Assembly (NCBI GenBank): GCA_965248355.1
Contig: OZ252098.1
Location: 2,080,001 to 2,144,000, forward strand
Source: Candidatus Latescibacterota bacterium
Lineage (GTDB): Bacteria; Latescibacterota; UBA2968; UBA8231
DNA length: 64,000 bases
Reading direction: 5' to 3'
Part shown: positions 49,983-58,646 of the stretch, piece after piece
How the letters are laid out: every line of letters begins with the position of its first letter
Position numbering within the stretch: the first letter of the stretch is position 1
Position numbers and translations under genes: made by a program
Notes under the pieces: generated by a model
What the model saw: the letters and a program-made list of their open reading frames with translations, nothing else
Database searches by the model: none
Told to the model about the DNA's origin: nothing

Positions 49983-50642
49983 CTACCGGGTGAGGGCGTA
50001 GAGGACGATGTTGGCGCCCATGCGCAGGGCCTGCCGCCTGACCTCCTCGGCGTCGCCGTGCACGTGGGCGTCCTCCCAGCCGTCGCCGAGGTCGGACTCG
50101 TAGGTGTAGAGCACGAGCAGGCGGTCGCCGCCGAACAGCCCCAGGGCCTGGGGCCGCCGGCCGTCGTGCTCGTGGACCTTCGGCAGACCGTCGGGCAGGT
50201 CGAAGTGACAGTGGAACAGGTCGTGGCCGGCCGGCAGCTCCACGAACTCCCGGGTGGGAAAGACCTTGCGCATCTCGCGGCGGAAGGAGGGGTCCATGCC
50301 GTAGTTGTCGTCGGCGTGGAGGAAGCCGCCGGCTTCGAGGTAGCGCCGCAGGCGGGCCGCCTCCTCCGGGGTCCAGGAGACGTTGCCGTGTCCGGTCATG
50401 TAGAGGTAGGGGTAGGCGAACAGCTCGCGGTCGAGGATCCGCACGCGGGCTTCGGCCGAGGCCGTGGGCAGCCGTGTGTGCCGCCCGAGGAAGGCCAGCA
50501 GGTTGGGCAGCGACGAGGGATCGCTGTACCAGTCGCCGCCGCCGTCGTACTGGAGCCGGGCGATGGTGAACAGGTCGGTCTCCCCGGCGCGGACGGGAGC
50601 TGCCGAGACCAGGACCGCCGCCACCAGGGCCGCCCCCCGCAT
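49983..50642 (-). CDS. DUF4159 domain protein
   Basis: IARLQYDGGGDWY.DPSSL.NL, PYLYMTGHG, GGFL.ADDNYG, PKVHEHDG, SDLGDGWED, MGANI. Confidence 0.92.
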   Translation of the reverse strand: MRGAALVAAVLVSAAPVRAGETDLFTIARLQYDGGGDWYSDPSSLPNLLAFLGRHTRLPTASAEARVRILDRELFAYPYLYMTGHGNVSWTPEEAARLRRYLEAGGFLHADDNYGMDPSFRREMRKVFPTREFVELPAGHDLFHCHFDLPDGLPKVHEHDGRRPQALGLFGGDRLLVLYTYESDLGDGWEDAHVHGDAEEVRRQALRMGANIVLYALTR

Positions 50643-50665
50643 GGCGGGGAGCGCCCGGTCCGCGG

Positions 50666-52888
50666 TCAACGCCGGACCCCGTTCAGCAGGGCGAAGCGGC
50701 CCGACACCGACTCGCCCGTCTCGCTCTCGGCGACGTAGTAGTAGACCCCCGTGGCCACCAGGTACCCGGCCTCGTTCAGGCCGTCCCACGTGATCGTGCC
50801 GCGGCCGGCCTGCCCCCGCAGGTCGGCCACCAGGTCTCCGGAGACCGAATAGATCCGCAGGGAGGCGCCGAGGGGCAGTCCCTTGATGGTCAGCTCCTGG
50901 CGCCCGGTCGTCACGTAGGGGTTGGGATGGACGTTGAAGACCTCCGGTCCGCCGCCGTCCACCGGGGTCAGGCACAGGCGGCTGAGGCCTTCGAGGGTGC
51001 CGATCCACATCACTCCGCGGTCCCGGTCGTAGCGCAGACCCTTCACGCGGTCGTCGATGAGTTGGCTGTTCCTGCGAGTGAAGGTGAGGTCCACCTGACC
51101 GCGGACATTGATCCGGGACAGGCCGGCCGCCGTGCCGACCCAGATGTTGCCGTCGTCGTCCTCCTCGAAAACGCTGATCTCGGCCGAGGGCAACTCGTCC
51201 GAGGTGTCGTAGGTCTGCCAGCCGGAGACCTCCAGGGTCCCGGTGGCGCGGTCGTACTCGGGCGTCAGGACGTTCACACCGTTTTCCGAGGCCATCCAGA
51301 CCCTGCCGTCCCGGCTGGCGAGGACACCGAAGAGACGGTCACTCGTCAGCCTGCTCTCGTCGGCCTGGGAGAGGTTGATCATGCGGTCGTCGCCGCCGGT
51401 GAAGGGCGTGCCGCCGTCGTCGAGCAGCACCAGGCCCGACCTGCGGCTGACGATCCACTTCAGGCCGCCGGGGCCGATATCCATGCGGTAGAGATCGAAG
51501 CCGGGGAGCAGCCCCAGGGCCTCCTGATCGAACAGGAACTGACGCTCCGGCGGATAGCCGTCGAAGACGGCCACGCCGGTCAGGGTGTTGAGCAGCCACA
51601 TGTGGCCGGACCGGTCGCGATGGATGTCGCTGACGACGACGAAATCCGGGTTCTTTGGAATCCCCTGCAGGACGGTCTCCTCGACCGGGATCGTCGTCCA
51701 GTTGCCGTCCGCCTCCTGGATCAGACCTCCGCCGCCCCAACTGCCGACCCAGATGCGCCCTTCGGCGTCGGTCTCCACGGCGACGATCTCGTTGTTGGGC
51801 ATGCTGTTCCAGCGGTTGAAGACCGACCAGCGGCCATCCGACTCCGACAGGCGATAGACCCCGGCCGAAGCCGCCCGCTGCTGGTCGTCGGGCACGCTGG
51901 TAGCCCACAGCTCTTTCTCGCCGGTGACCTCGATCTCGAAGAACCGGCTCGATCCCGGTTCGCTGGGCAGGATGACGGACGAGTCGCCGATGATGCGCAG
52001 ACCGGTGGTGGTGCCGAGCCAGAGGACATCGTCTCCCGAGGTGCCGATGGTCAGGATGTTACTGATCTGCAGTGCCCCAATCCTCACCCACTCACCCTCT
52101 TCGGTGCGCTCCACCAGTCGTCCCTCGTCGGTGGCCGCCACCGCGCGCCCGGCCCGGGATCCCAGACTCACCACCGGCTCCTGGTAGTCCCGACGGAAGC
52201 TCTCCTCCTCGGGGTCGTAGGCCACGACCCCTCTTGCGGTGGCCGCATACAGCACTCCGCCGATGGCGGCGACGGTGCCCACGGAACCGTAGGCGGAAAG
52301 GGAACGCCAGCTCTCCGGATCCTGCAGGTTCGGCTGGTCGAGGCGGGCCCAGGCGATACCCACTGCAGTGCCGACGAAAAGGGTGCCGTCGAAGAGGGCC
52401 AGGTCCAGGGCGGCCTCGTCTTTCGGGAGGTCGCCGAGGAGGCGATAGGTCTCCATCACCTCCTCGCGGTCGGTCAGGAAGAGGCTGACGCCGCTGCTCG
52501 TGCCGACGAAGAGGCGGGTGCCCACGCTCAGAAGGGAGGTGATGGCCAGGCCGCGGAACTCCTGATAGACCGCGAAGGTCGAGGTGGCGGGGCGGTAGCG
52601 GCTGAGACCCTGACCGTCGCTGCCGAACCAGAGGTTGCCCTCGTCGTCGGCGGCCAGGGAAAGGATGCGGTTGCCGGCCAGTCCGTCGGGCCGGGTGAAG
52701 CGATCGTACCGTTGCTGAACGCGGTCGTAGCGCAGGATCCCGCCCGTGGTCGCCGCCCACACGCTGGAAGTGTCGACGAGCAGCCCCTCGATCTGCTTCA
52801 TGCTGGTGTAGGCGTCCCACTCCCGGTCGCACGTCGGGGCGCTGGCGGAGGCGCTGAGGAGAAGGCCGAGACAGAGCAGGAAGATCAC
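50666..52888 (-). CDS. PorZ-like two-beta-propeller protein with T9SS-type C-terminal domain
   Basis: Signal peptide; propeller repeats (D.EGNLWFG, D..GNIWVGT..GLS); LDDGGTPF...DD; C-terminal HPNPY...IKGLP....RIYSVSG.LV...WDG.N..G..VATGVY. Confidence 0.75.
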   Translation of the reverse strand: MIFLLCLGLLLSASASAPTCDREWDAYTSMKQIEGLLVDTSSVWAATTGGILRYDRVQQRYDRFTRPDGLAGNRILSLAADDEGNLWFGSDGQGLSRYRPATSTFAVYQEFRGLAITSLLSVGTRLFVGTSSGVSLFLTDREEVMETYRLLGDLPKDEAALDLALFDGTLFVGTAVGIAWARLDQPNLQDPESWRSLSAYGSVGTVAAIGGVLYAATARGVVAYDPEEESFRRDYQEPVVSLGSRAGRAVAATDEGRLVERTEEGEWVRIGALQISNILTIGTSGDDVLWLGTTTGLRIIGDSSVILPSEPGSSRFFEIEVTGEKELWATSVPDDQQRAASAGVYRLSESDGRWSVFNRWNSMPNNEIVAVETDAEGRIWVGSWGGGGLIQEADGNWTTIPVEETVLQGIPKNPDFVVVSDIHRDRSGHMWLLNTLTGVAVFDGYPPERQFLFDQEALGLLPGFDLYRMDIGPGGLKWIVSRRSGLVLLDDGGTPFTGGDDRMINLSQADESRLTSDRLFGVLASRDGRVWMASENGVNVLTPEYDRATGTLEVSGWQTYDTSDELPSAEISVFEEDDDGNIWVGTAAGLSRINVRGQVDLTFTRRNSQLIDDRVKGLRYDRDRGVMWIGTLEGLSRLCLTPVDGGGPEVFNVHPNPYVTTGRQELTIKGLPLGASLRIYSVSGDLVADLRGQAGRGTITWDGLNEAGYLVATGVYYYVAESETGESVSGRFALLNGVRR

Positions 52889-52913
52889 GCGGCGATGCCA
52901 CTCACGATGCCAC

Positions 52914-55379
52914 TCACATGGTTGACTGGGGGTCGACGACGACGCCCAGATCGACGCCGCAGCGGGAGGCTTCGCGGTGCATGGCCCCCAGCGCCGCCAC
53001 GGCGGTGCCGCGCAACTGACGGCCGGCCGGCCCGGCGAGCAGGACCTGCCAGCGATAGCGGCCCCGCAGGCGCGCCAGCGGCGCCGGCGCCGGGCCGAGG
53101 ACGGAGACCCCGGCCGGCCCGGTTCGCTGCAGCACTTGTGTTCCCTGCCTCGCCGCCCGGCTCACGGCCTCCTCCGATTCGCCCCGCCAGCGGAACACGA
53201 TCAGGCGTCCGAAAGGCGGGAATCCCGCCGCTCGCCGCTCGACGAGTTCCCCGTCGGCGAAGGCGTCGTAGTCCTGGCGCGCGGCCGCGAGCAGCACGGG
53301 GTCCTCGGGGAGGCGGGTCTGGATGACGACTTCGCCGGGGTTCGAGCCCCGCCCGGAGCGTCCCGCCACCTGGGTGAGCAGCTGAAAGCTGCGCTCGGCG
53401 GCGCGGAAGTCCGGCAGGTGGAAACCGGTGTCGGCGGAGATCACGCCCACGAGGGTCACCTCCGGGAAGTCGAGCCCCTTGGCCACCATCTGCGTGCCGA
53501 GGAGCACATCCGCCTCGCGGCGGCGGAAGCTTTCCACTAGGCGGTCGTGGGCGCCCTTCCACCCCGTGGTGTCCACGTCCATACGGATGACGCGGATCCC
53601 GGGAAACTGTTCCTCCAGGGCGGCTTCCACCTTCTGGGTCCCGGCGCCGGTGAGCTTGACCTCGGCGCTGCCGCAGGACGGGCACTGGCCAGGCACGGGA
53701 ATGCGGAAGTCGCAGTAGTGGCAGCGCAGACCCTCGCCGTGACGGCGGTGGTAGGTGAGGGAGACCTGGCACCGCTCGCAGGCGACGGCTTCGCCGCAGC
53801 TGGCACACTGGACGATGGGAGAGAATCCACGCCGGTTCTGCAGGAGCACGATCTGCTGGCCGCGCTCGAGCCGCTCCCGGATCTTGAGGCGCAGGGTCTT
53901 GGAGAACAGGGTCCGCTGGCGTCCCTGGAAGGGCTCTCGCCTCATGTCGACGACCTCGACCCGGGCCAGCGGCCGATCGTCGATTCGCCGCGGCAGGCTG
54001 AGGCAGGTGTACTTGCCGCTGCGGGCGTTGGACCACGACTCGAGGCTGGGCGTCGCCGAGCCGAGGATCACTGGCACCCCGGCCAGGCGGGCCCTCACGA
54101 CGGCCAGGTCGCGGCCGTGGTAGACCAGGGGCTGCTGGCTCTCCAGGTCGTCCTGGAAGTACGAGCCGTCGTGCTCCTCGTCGACGACGATGAGGCCCAG
54201 CCCCTTCACCGGGGCGAGCACGGCGGACCGGGCGCCGATGACGAGCCTGCGCTCGCCTCGCCGCAGCCGCCGCCAGGTGTCGTAGCGCTCGCCCACCGAC
54301 AACTGGCTGTGGAGGACGGCCACGGTCTCGCCGAAGTGGGCCCGGAAGCGGCGAACCATCTGCCAGGCCAGGGCGATCTCCGGCGTGAGCACGATGGCGC
54401 TGCGGCCCGAGCGCAGGACCCGCTCCACGGCGAGCAGGTAGACCAGGGTCTTGCCGCTGCCGGTGACCCCGCGCAGCAGGAGGGGCTCGAAGCGGCCGGC
54501 ATCGAGGGCGGAGTGGACGCGCCGGAGGACCTCCCTCTGGTCCGCTGTTGGCTCCGGCGTGGGGGCGGCATCCGCCACGTCGAGGTCGGCGAGGGGGTCG
54601 CGCAGGACCTCCTGCTCCACGGTCTCCGTGAGCCCCCTCCCCTGCAGCCCCTTCAGGACGGCGTAGCCGAACCCTTCCTCCAGAAGCCGGCGCTTGGCCA
54701 CGGGACCCTCTTGCAGCAGGCGTTCCAGGCAGCGGCCCTGAGCCGGGGCGCGCCGGGCCACCGCCGACAGGTCGCCCCGGGCCCGCTGCGGGTCGGCCAG
54801 GCGCACCAGCTGCCGGCGGCGGGCGCGAACGCCCCCGCCCGCCAGATGGGGCCGCATCTCGATCCGTCCGTGCTGAAGCAGTCCTCGCAGGGCGCCCTCC
54901 AGGCCCCGCTTGCCCAGCCGGCTGCGCAGAGTGGTCACCTTCAAGGGGCCGCGGGCGCTCCGCAGCTCGGTGAGCACGCGCTCCTGCACGGCATCCGGCG
55001 GCGGCGGGTCCCCGTCCGCCTCGGCCAACTGCACGGTGCGGCTGGAGGTGAGGCGCACCCCGGGGGGCAGGGCCGCGGCCAGGGCGGCGCCGACCGGCGC
55101 CAGGTAGTAGTCGGCGAGCCAGGCGCACAGGCGCACCACCTCGGCGCTGATGGGGGCCTCCGTATCGACGACCTGGGTGATGTCGCGGATGCGGCCCGGC
55201 GCCACCTCCCGGTCACCGGCCTCGTCGGCGACCACGAAGCCCGTGACCAGACGCTGCTGGACCGGCACCAGCACCACCGACCCGGGCCCGATCAGGGCGC
55301 TCAACTCCGGGGGCACGCTGTAGGTAAGCTGCCGCGAAAGGGGAGGAGGCAGGGCGACCTGCACCAGCCGGCGGTCCAT
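52914..55379 (-). CDS. priA: Primosomal protein N'
   Basis: GVTGSGKT, PEIAL, GARSA, DEEHD, GSATPS, four CxxC, GTQMVAKGLDF, QVAGRSGR. Confidence 0.97.
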   Translation of the reverse strand: MDRRLVQVALPPPLSRQLTYSVPPELSALIGPGSVVLVPVQQRLVTGFVVADEAGDREVAPGRIRDITQVVDTEAPISAEVVRLCAWLADYYLAPVGAALAAALPPGVRLTSSRTVQLAEADGDPPPPDAVQERVLTELRSARGPLKVTTLRSRLGKRGLEGALRGLLQHGRIEMRPHLAGGGVRARRRQLVRLADPQRARGDLSAVARRAPAQGRCLERLLQEGPVAKRRLLEEGFGYAVLKGLQGRGLTETVEQEVLRDPLADLDVADAAPTPEPTADQREVLRRVHSALDAGRFEPLLLRGVTGSGKTLVYLLAVERVLRSGRSAIVLTPEIALAWQMVRRFRAHFGETVAVLHSQLSVGERYDTWRRLRRGERRLVIGARSAVLAPVKGLGLIVVDEEHDGSYFQDDLESQQPLVYHGRDLAVVRARLAGVPVILGSATPSLESWSNARSGKYTCLSLPRRIDDRPLARVEVVDMRREPFQGRQRTLFSKTLRLKIRERLERGQQIVLLQNRRGFSPIVQCASCGEAVACERCQVSLTYHRRHGEGLRCHYCDFRIPVPGQCPSCGSAEVKLTGAGTQKVEAALEEQFPGIRVIRMDVDTTGWKGAHDRLVESFRRREADVLLGTQMVAKGLDFPEVTLVGVISADTGFHLPDFRAAERSFQLLTQVAGRSGRGSNPGEVVIQTRLPEDPVLLAAARQDYDAFADGELVERRAAGFPPFGRLIVFRWRGESEEAVSRAARQGTQVLQRTGPAGVSVLGPAPAPLARLRGRYRWQVLLAGPAGRQLRGTAVAALGAMHREASRCGVDLGVVVDPQSTM

Positions 55380-56410
55380 CAGCGAACCCCCGGCTGGCTC
55401 GACTCCGTCCTCTCTGGGTTGAACTCGCTGACCGGGGCGATGGGCTGGAGATCCGGGCCGAGGAGCTGGTAACCGCCGGCGGAGACCCGGAACCGCAGCG
55501 TCCTGTCGGGTTTATCCAGGAGGCCCTCGCCCAGCAGTTGGCCCTGGAAGCGGAAGCGGATGTTCCGAGAGCGTCCCACGTGCACCTCGAAGAACCGTTC
55601 GGCGGTCCAGGTCCGTTGCTCGCCTCCCACGATCGTCTCCATGACACTGTCCGCACCGTCCCAGCCGACTTGTACCCAGACCGTGTCGAGCACCTCCGCC
55701 TGCAGCACCATCGGGGCAATGGCCGGGGTGTCGGCGGCCGGGGCTGCTTCGGTGGATCCTGCCGCCGGGACCTCTTCCGGAGGGCCGGCTTCCGCCAGGT
55801 CGTCTGCGGCCGCGGATTCGTCGGGACCCCCCTCGAGCGCTGTCCCGGAGATGTCCGGCGCGGCCCGGTCCCCGGGTCCGGCCTCCGCCGGCCGGCCGGC
55901 CTCGACGGGCTCCGCGGAATCGACGGGCTCCGCGGAATCGACGGGCTCCGTGGAAACAACGTCGGCCTGGTCCCAGACGGAGGGCGCCTCCCGGGAAGCG
56001 GGGGCCTCGGGAACCGGCGCCGCCTGGGGCGCGGGGTCCCCCCCGCCGCGGTTCAGCAGGTAGACGACGGCCAGCAGGACGGCGATGGCGCCGGCGAGCA
56101 CCCACTTCAGCAGGCCGCCCCCGAACACGGGCCCGCCGCCTTCGGACAGGGTCCGAGCCGGCGGTCTCCGCATGGCCTCACGCCCCCCCAGGCGCTGGGC
56201 CAGGGCGTTGCCGTCGAGGCCCAGATAGCTGCCGTAGTGGACGACGGCCAGGCGCATGTAGACGACTTCGAGGGCCTCCAGGTCCCCCTCCTCGAGGGCC
56301 TGCAGAACCTTCTCGCCGATGCCCGTACGTTGGTGAACCTGATCGAGAGACTCGCCGCGGCCCTCGCGGGCCCGACGCAACTCCTCGGCCAGAGTAAGTT
56401 CTTCGCTCAT
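55379..56410 (-). CDS. RodZ-like protein (HTH, TM, acidic linker, DUF4115); in frame with upstream maf
   Basis: LRRAREGRG.SL.QV..RTGI...L.ALE.G, Y..YLGLD, TM segment, C-terminal LQAEVLDTVWVQV..DG. Confidence 0.85.
   Translation of the reverse strand: MSEELTLAEELRRAREGRGESLDQVHQRTGIGEKVLQALEEGDLEALEVVYMRLAVVHYGSYLGLDGNALAQRLGGREAMRRPPARTLSEGGGPVFGGGLLKWVLAGAIAVLLAVVYLLNRGGGDPAPQAAPVPEAPASREAPSVWDQADVVSTEPVDSAEPVDSAEPVEAGRPAEAGPGDRAAPDISGTALEGGPDESAAADDLAEAGPPEEVPAAGSTEAAPAADTPAIAPMVLQAEVLDTVWVQVGWDGADSVMETIVGGEQRTWTAERFFEVHVGRSRNIRFRFQGQLLGEGLLDKPDRTLRFRVSAGGYQLLGPDLQPIAPVSEFNPERTESSQPGVR
55902..55955. repeat. 18-bp tandem repeat x3 in the RodZ linker
   Basis: TCGACGGGCTCCG(C/T)GGAA x3, encoding S(T/A)EPV(D/E). 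Confidence 0.9.
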
Positions 56411-57013
56411 CCTGAGTCCTGAATCGAGATCGTACCCCGCCGACTGGAGGAGGAGGCAGAGCCGGGCCAGGGGCAGACCTACGACATTATAGTAACACCC
56501 CTCTACACGTTCAACGAAGCGGCCCCCCCGGCCCTGGATGGCGTAGCTGCCCGCCTTGTCGAGGGGCTCGCCGCTGCGCACGTACCCGGCGATGGCGGCC
56601 TCCGACATGGCGCACAGGCGCACGCGGGAGGTCTCGCAGGCGGTATCGATGCGCCCGGCCTCCGGACCGACGACGGCCACGCCCGTGCATACGGTGTGCT
56701 GGCGCCCGGCGAGCCAGCGCAAGGTGAGGGCCGCCTCCTCCGGGCTGCCGGGCTTGCCCACGATCCGGTCCTCGCAACAGACCACGGTGTCCGCCCCTAT
56801 GACCAGGGCCGAGCCCGGACGGCGGCCGAGGAGAGCGGCCACCGCCCGGGCCTTGGCGGTCGCCGATTCTACCACGAAGGCCGCCGGATCGCGGCCCCGG
56901 GGCGCGGGCTCCGCCACCGGGCTCGGGACCTGCTCGAAGGGGATGCGCAGCTGCCGCAGGAGATCGGCGCGCCTCGGAGAGGCGGAGGCCAGCACGATGG
57001 CGGGGTTCGCCAA
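56411..57013 (-). CDS. maf: Maf/YhdE nucleoside-triphosphate pyrophosphatase, no stop codon before the rodZ-like gene
   Basis: IVLASASPRR..LL, IGADTVV, GKP, GEPLDKAGSYAIQG, GCYYNVVGLPL. Confidence 0.9.
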
Positions 57014-57014
57014 G

Positions 57015-57473
57015 TCAGCCCTCCCCGCGGCGCGGACTCTCGACGAGGACGGTGACCGGGCCGTCGTTGGCCAGCTCGACGACCATGTGGGCGCCGAAGC
57101 GGCCGCATTCCACGCGCAGGCCGTGCTCCTGCCGCAGCCGCTCCACGAAGGCCTCGAACAGCCCCGCGGCGTCCTCCGGGGCCGCGGCTTCGGTGAAGCT
57201 CGGCCGCCGGCCCCTCCGGCAGTCGGCGTAGAGGGTGAACTGGGACACGGCCAGAATCCCTCCTTCCACCTCCAGGACGGAGCGGTTGAAGCGCCCCCCG
57301 TCATCGGGAAAGATGCGCAGGAAGGCGCACTTGTCGGCGCAGAAACGCACCTCTTCGGCGCCGTCGTCCCGGTGGATTCCGACAAGGGCGACCAGGCCGG
57401 GCCCGATCCGCCCGGAGAGCTCGCCGTCGACGGTGACCCTGCCGTGGAGCACCCGCTGCACCAGGACCCGCAC
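57015..57473 (-). CDS. dtd: D-aminoacyl-tRNA deacylase
   Basis: R.LVQRV, LRIF.D..G.FN.S, VSQFTLYAD.RRGRRPSF, GRFGAHM.V.L.NDGPVT. Confidence 0.96.
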   Translation of the reverse strand: MRVLVQRVLHGRVTVDGELSGRIGPGLVALVGIHRDDGAEEVRFCADKCAFLRIFPDDGGRFNRSVLEVEGGILAVSQFTLYADCRRGRRPSFTEAAAPEDAAGLFEAFVERLRQEHGLRVECGRFGAHMVVELANDGPVTVLVESPRRGEG

Positions 57474-57475
57474 TA

Positions 57476-58646
57476 GTGTCGCGTCCGACAAATGAGTTGT
57501 AAAAACAGAGTCAAGGCCTTATCTTCAGGCCATGGCCCGCCCGGTGTCCCGCCTTGAGTTGACCGCGTCCGAGCGACAGGAGTTGGAGCGTCGCGTCAGG
57601 GCCCCCTCCGCGTCCCAGCGCGACAGCCTGCGCGCGGCCATCGTCCTGCGCCGGGCCGAAGGGATCAAGCAGGTGCAGGTGGCCGCCGAGTTGGGCGCCA
57701 GTGTGGCGTGTGTGAACAAGTGGTCGCAACGCTTTGATCGCGAGGGTTTGGCGGGACTGAACGACGCCAAGGGCCGGGGCCGGCCGGCGAGCTTGCCGGC
57801 GGACAAGGTCGAGCAGGTCCTCACCGCGGTCACGCAGCCGCCGAAGCCGCGCACGCGCTGGAGCGTGCGCTCGATGGCCCAGGCGGCGGGGATGTCGCCG
57901 GACAGCGTGCACCGGATCTGGAAGGCCAACGACATCAAGCCCCATTTGACCAAGACCTTCAAGGTCTCCACGGACCCGCACTTCGAGGAAAAATTCTGGG
58001 ACGTGATCGGGCTCTACCTGGATCCCCCCGAGCGCGCGCTGGTGCTGTGCTGTGACGAGAAGAGCCAGTGCCAGGCGCTGGAACGGACCCAGCCGGGCTT
58101 GCCGCTGGGGATCGGCGACATCCGCACCCGGACCCACGATTACAAGCGCCACGGTACGATCACCTTGTTCGCCGCGCTCAACTACCTCGACGGCAAGCTC
58201 ATCGCGCGTCTGGAGGCGCGTCATACCCACGTCGAATGGCTCCGCTTTCTCAAGCAGATCGACCGCGAGACGCCCAAGAACCTGTCGCTGCACCTGATCG
58301 TGGACAACGCCGGCCCCCACAAGGAGGAGAGCGTGCAGCATTGGTTGTCTCGGCATCGGCGCTTCCATGTCCATTTCACCCCCACCAGTTCCTCCTGGAT
58401 GAACTTGGTCGAACGGTTCTTCGGCGAGCTGACGCAGGATGTGATTCGGGACGGCAGCTTTGCCAGCGTCGGGGAGTTGGTGCGCGACATCGAAGCCTAC
58501 TTGGCGCAGCGGAACTTGGCCCCCAAACCCTACCGCTGGAAGGCCGACGGCGAGACCATCCTGCGCAAGATCCAGCGCGCTCGGGAGACGGTGGCGGCGA
58601 CATCGGACAGCCCTTGTTGATTCTTCTTAATTCTCGGACGGGACAC
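57476..58646 (+). mobile_element. IS630-family insertion sequence
   Basis: IRs GTGTCGCGTCCGACAAATGAG and (reverse complement) GTGTCCCGTCCGAGAATTAAG; TA duplicated (57474-57475, 58647-58648) within CTAG. Confidence 0.93.
57532..58620 (+). CDS. IS630 transposase
   Basis: N-terminal HTH (KWSQRF...GLAGL.D..GRGRP); DEKSQCQAL, YKRHGT..LFAAL, IVDN, TPTSSSWMNLVERFF. Confidence 0.96.
   Translation: MARPVSRLELTASERQELERRVRAPSASQRDSLRAAIVLRRAEGIKQVQVAAELGASVACVNKWSQRFDREGLAGLNDAKGRGRPASLPADKVEQVLTAVTQPPKPRTRWSVRSMAQAAGMSPDSVHRIWKANDIKPHLTKTFKVSTDPHFEEKFWDVIGLYLDPPERALVLCCDEKSQCQALERTQPGLPLGIGDIRTRTHDYKRHGTITLFAALNYLDGKLIARLEARHTHVEWLRFLKQIDRETPKNLSLHLIVDNAGPHKEESVQHWLSRHRRFHVHFTPTSSSWMNLVERFFGELTQDVIRDGSFASVGELVRDIEAYLAQRNLAPKPYRWKADGETILRKIQRARETVAATSDSPC

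Noticed and set aside
46629..50738. Very long opposite-strand or alternate-frame ORFs (e.g. 46629-50738, 19336-22821, 30863-33706, 2350-5163, 11982-13253)
   Set aside because: These are shadow ORFs typical of high-GC DNA overlapping well-supported genes, with no motifs.
52893..52916. 12-bp tandem duplication CGATGCCACTCA at the priA stop
   Set aside because: Only two copies in a short spacer; likely a slippage duplication with no evident function.
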